Source: a virus
DNA length: 23,483 bases
Direction: 5' to 3' (one strand)
Virus record (IMG/VR): IMGVR_UViG_3300045971_001064
Span: 75,256-98,738 of that record
Program-made: the position numbers and the translations under genes
The notes under the pieces: model-generated
What the model was told of the DNA's origin: nothing
The model's database searches: none
Seen by the model: the letters and a program-made list of their open reading frames with translations, nothing else
In this document: in pieces, positions 22,844 to 23,483 of the stretch
How the letters are laid out: each line of letters starts with the position of its first letter
Position numbering within the stretch: the first letter of the stretch is position 1

Positions 22844-23483
22844 ATGTCTGCTTGCCACGTCGTCACCTCGATGGCCGTCGCGGGCCCAGCGCCTGTCGTG
22901 TACTTGGGGAACTGGATGAACCACATCCAGCAAGACCTCCCGACCAACCTGTGGCTGATGGACGAGGGCGCTGGCGCGACGATGGTGGACTGGGCCGGAA
23001 ACCAGAACGGCACCATCATCACCCCGACCATCACCAATGTCGGCGAGCTTGGCGGCACGTACTGCTACACCACGGTGAGCAACGTCAGCGGCATCGCCAC
23101 CGCCCCGACTGCCGTGCGGCCAGCCTTTGGCGAGAAGTTTTCCATCGAGTTCTCGGTCTACAACAACTTCATGGTGAACGGGCTGTACGCCATCCCCATC
23201 TGCACTCTGCCTAGCGGTAATCCCGCACTCGGCTCAGGCCTTCAGATTAGCTGCACTGGCGGCATCATCAGCTTCGGCATCTACCAGAGCCTCACCGCTT
23301 ACGCCAGCGCCACCTGCGCCGACATTAGTGGGGCCATCTGGCACCACTGGGTGTTCACCTACGACGGAGCAGGCACTTGGAAGGCGTACCACAACGGCGT
23401 CTCTCAGACCGTCACGCCGAGCAACGTCGGGACCGTGACAGGGCTGGACTATTCCGCGAACGCCCCTTTGCGCCTCGGCGGCA
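22844..23483 (+). CDS. LamG / concanavalin A-like lectin domain protein, truncated by the window end (absent from the ORF track)
   Basis: ATG 1 nt after TAA, open to the end: MSACHVV...NLWLMDEGAGATMVDWAGNQNGT...FSIEF...WHHWVFTYDGAGTWKAYHNG...PLRLGG, the LamG-3 signature. Confidence 0.8.
   Translation, partial: MSACHVVTSMAVAGPAPVVYLGNWMNHIQQDLPTNLWLMDEGAGATMVDWAGNQNGTIITPTITNVGELGGTYCYTTVSNVSGIATAPTAVRPAFGEKFSIEFSVYNNFMVNGLYAIPICTLPSGNPALGSGLQISCTGGIISFGIYQSLTAYASATCADISGAIWHHWVFTYDGAGTWKAYHNGVSQTVTPSNVGTVTGLDYSANAPLRLGG

Noticed and set aside
1-23483. Host-encoded eCIS, tailocin or T6SS locus
   Set aside because: Not excluded but disfavoured. No Afp15-like ATPase or Tss genes are in view, the adhesin and fibre genes are phage-like, and restriction-type motifs appear purged.
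1-23483. CRISPR array, tRNA/rRNA or intrinsic terminator
   Set aside because: The window is almost entirely coding and the largest gap is 60 nt. I see no spaced repeats, cloverleaf or hairpin with a U-tract.

Overview
This GC-rich window (roughly two-thirds GC by eye) is one tightly packed + strand operon. It encodes the distal end of a contractile (myovirus-type) tail and probably comes from a large phage. No capsid, sheath or host genes are visible, so a phage-derived contractile injection system is not formally excluded. Gene order: probable tape-measure C-terminus; baseplate hub; spike; a 71-aa spike-associated protein; an 829-aa tube-initiator/LysM/gp25-like fusion; a 2224-aa baseplate J-like wedge protein with a ~1750-aa insertion containing a 7-blade Kelch propeller; a 7-gene cassette of putative adhesion proteins, including four tandem paralogs; a gpI/gp7-like wedge protein; a tube-fold protein; a fibre-like protein; and a truncated LamG-domain protein. 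The most striking observation is that the four paralogs appear to represent all four combinations of two N-half types and two C-half types, with identical DNA patches shared between different pairs and an Fn3-like module at two different insertion sites. Several restriction-type motifs (GATC, CCWGG and others) appear absent, and none of the 16 stop codons is TGA. All product calls rest on motif recognition and synteny, not database searches.
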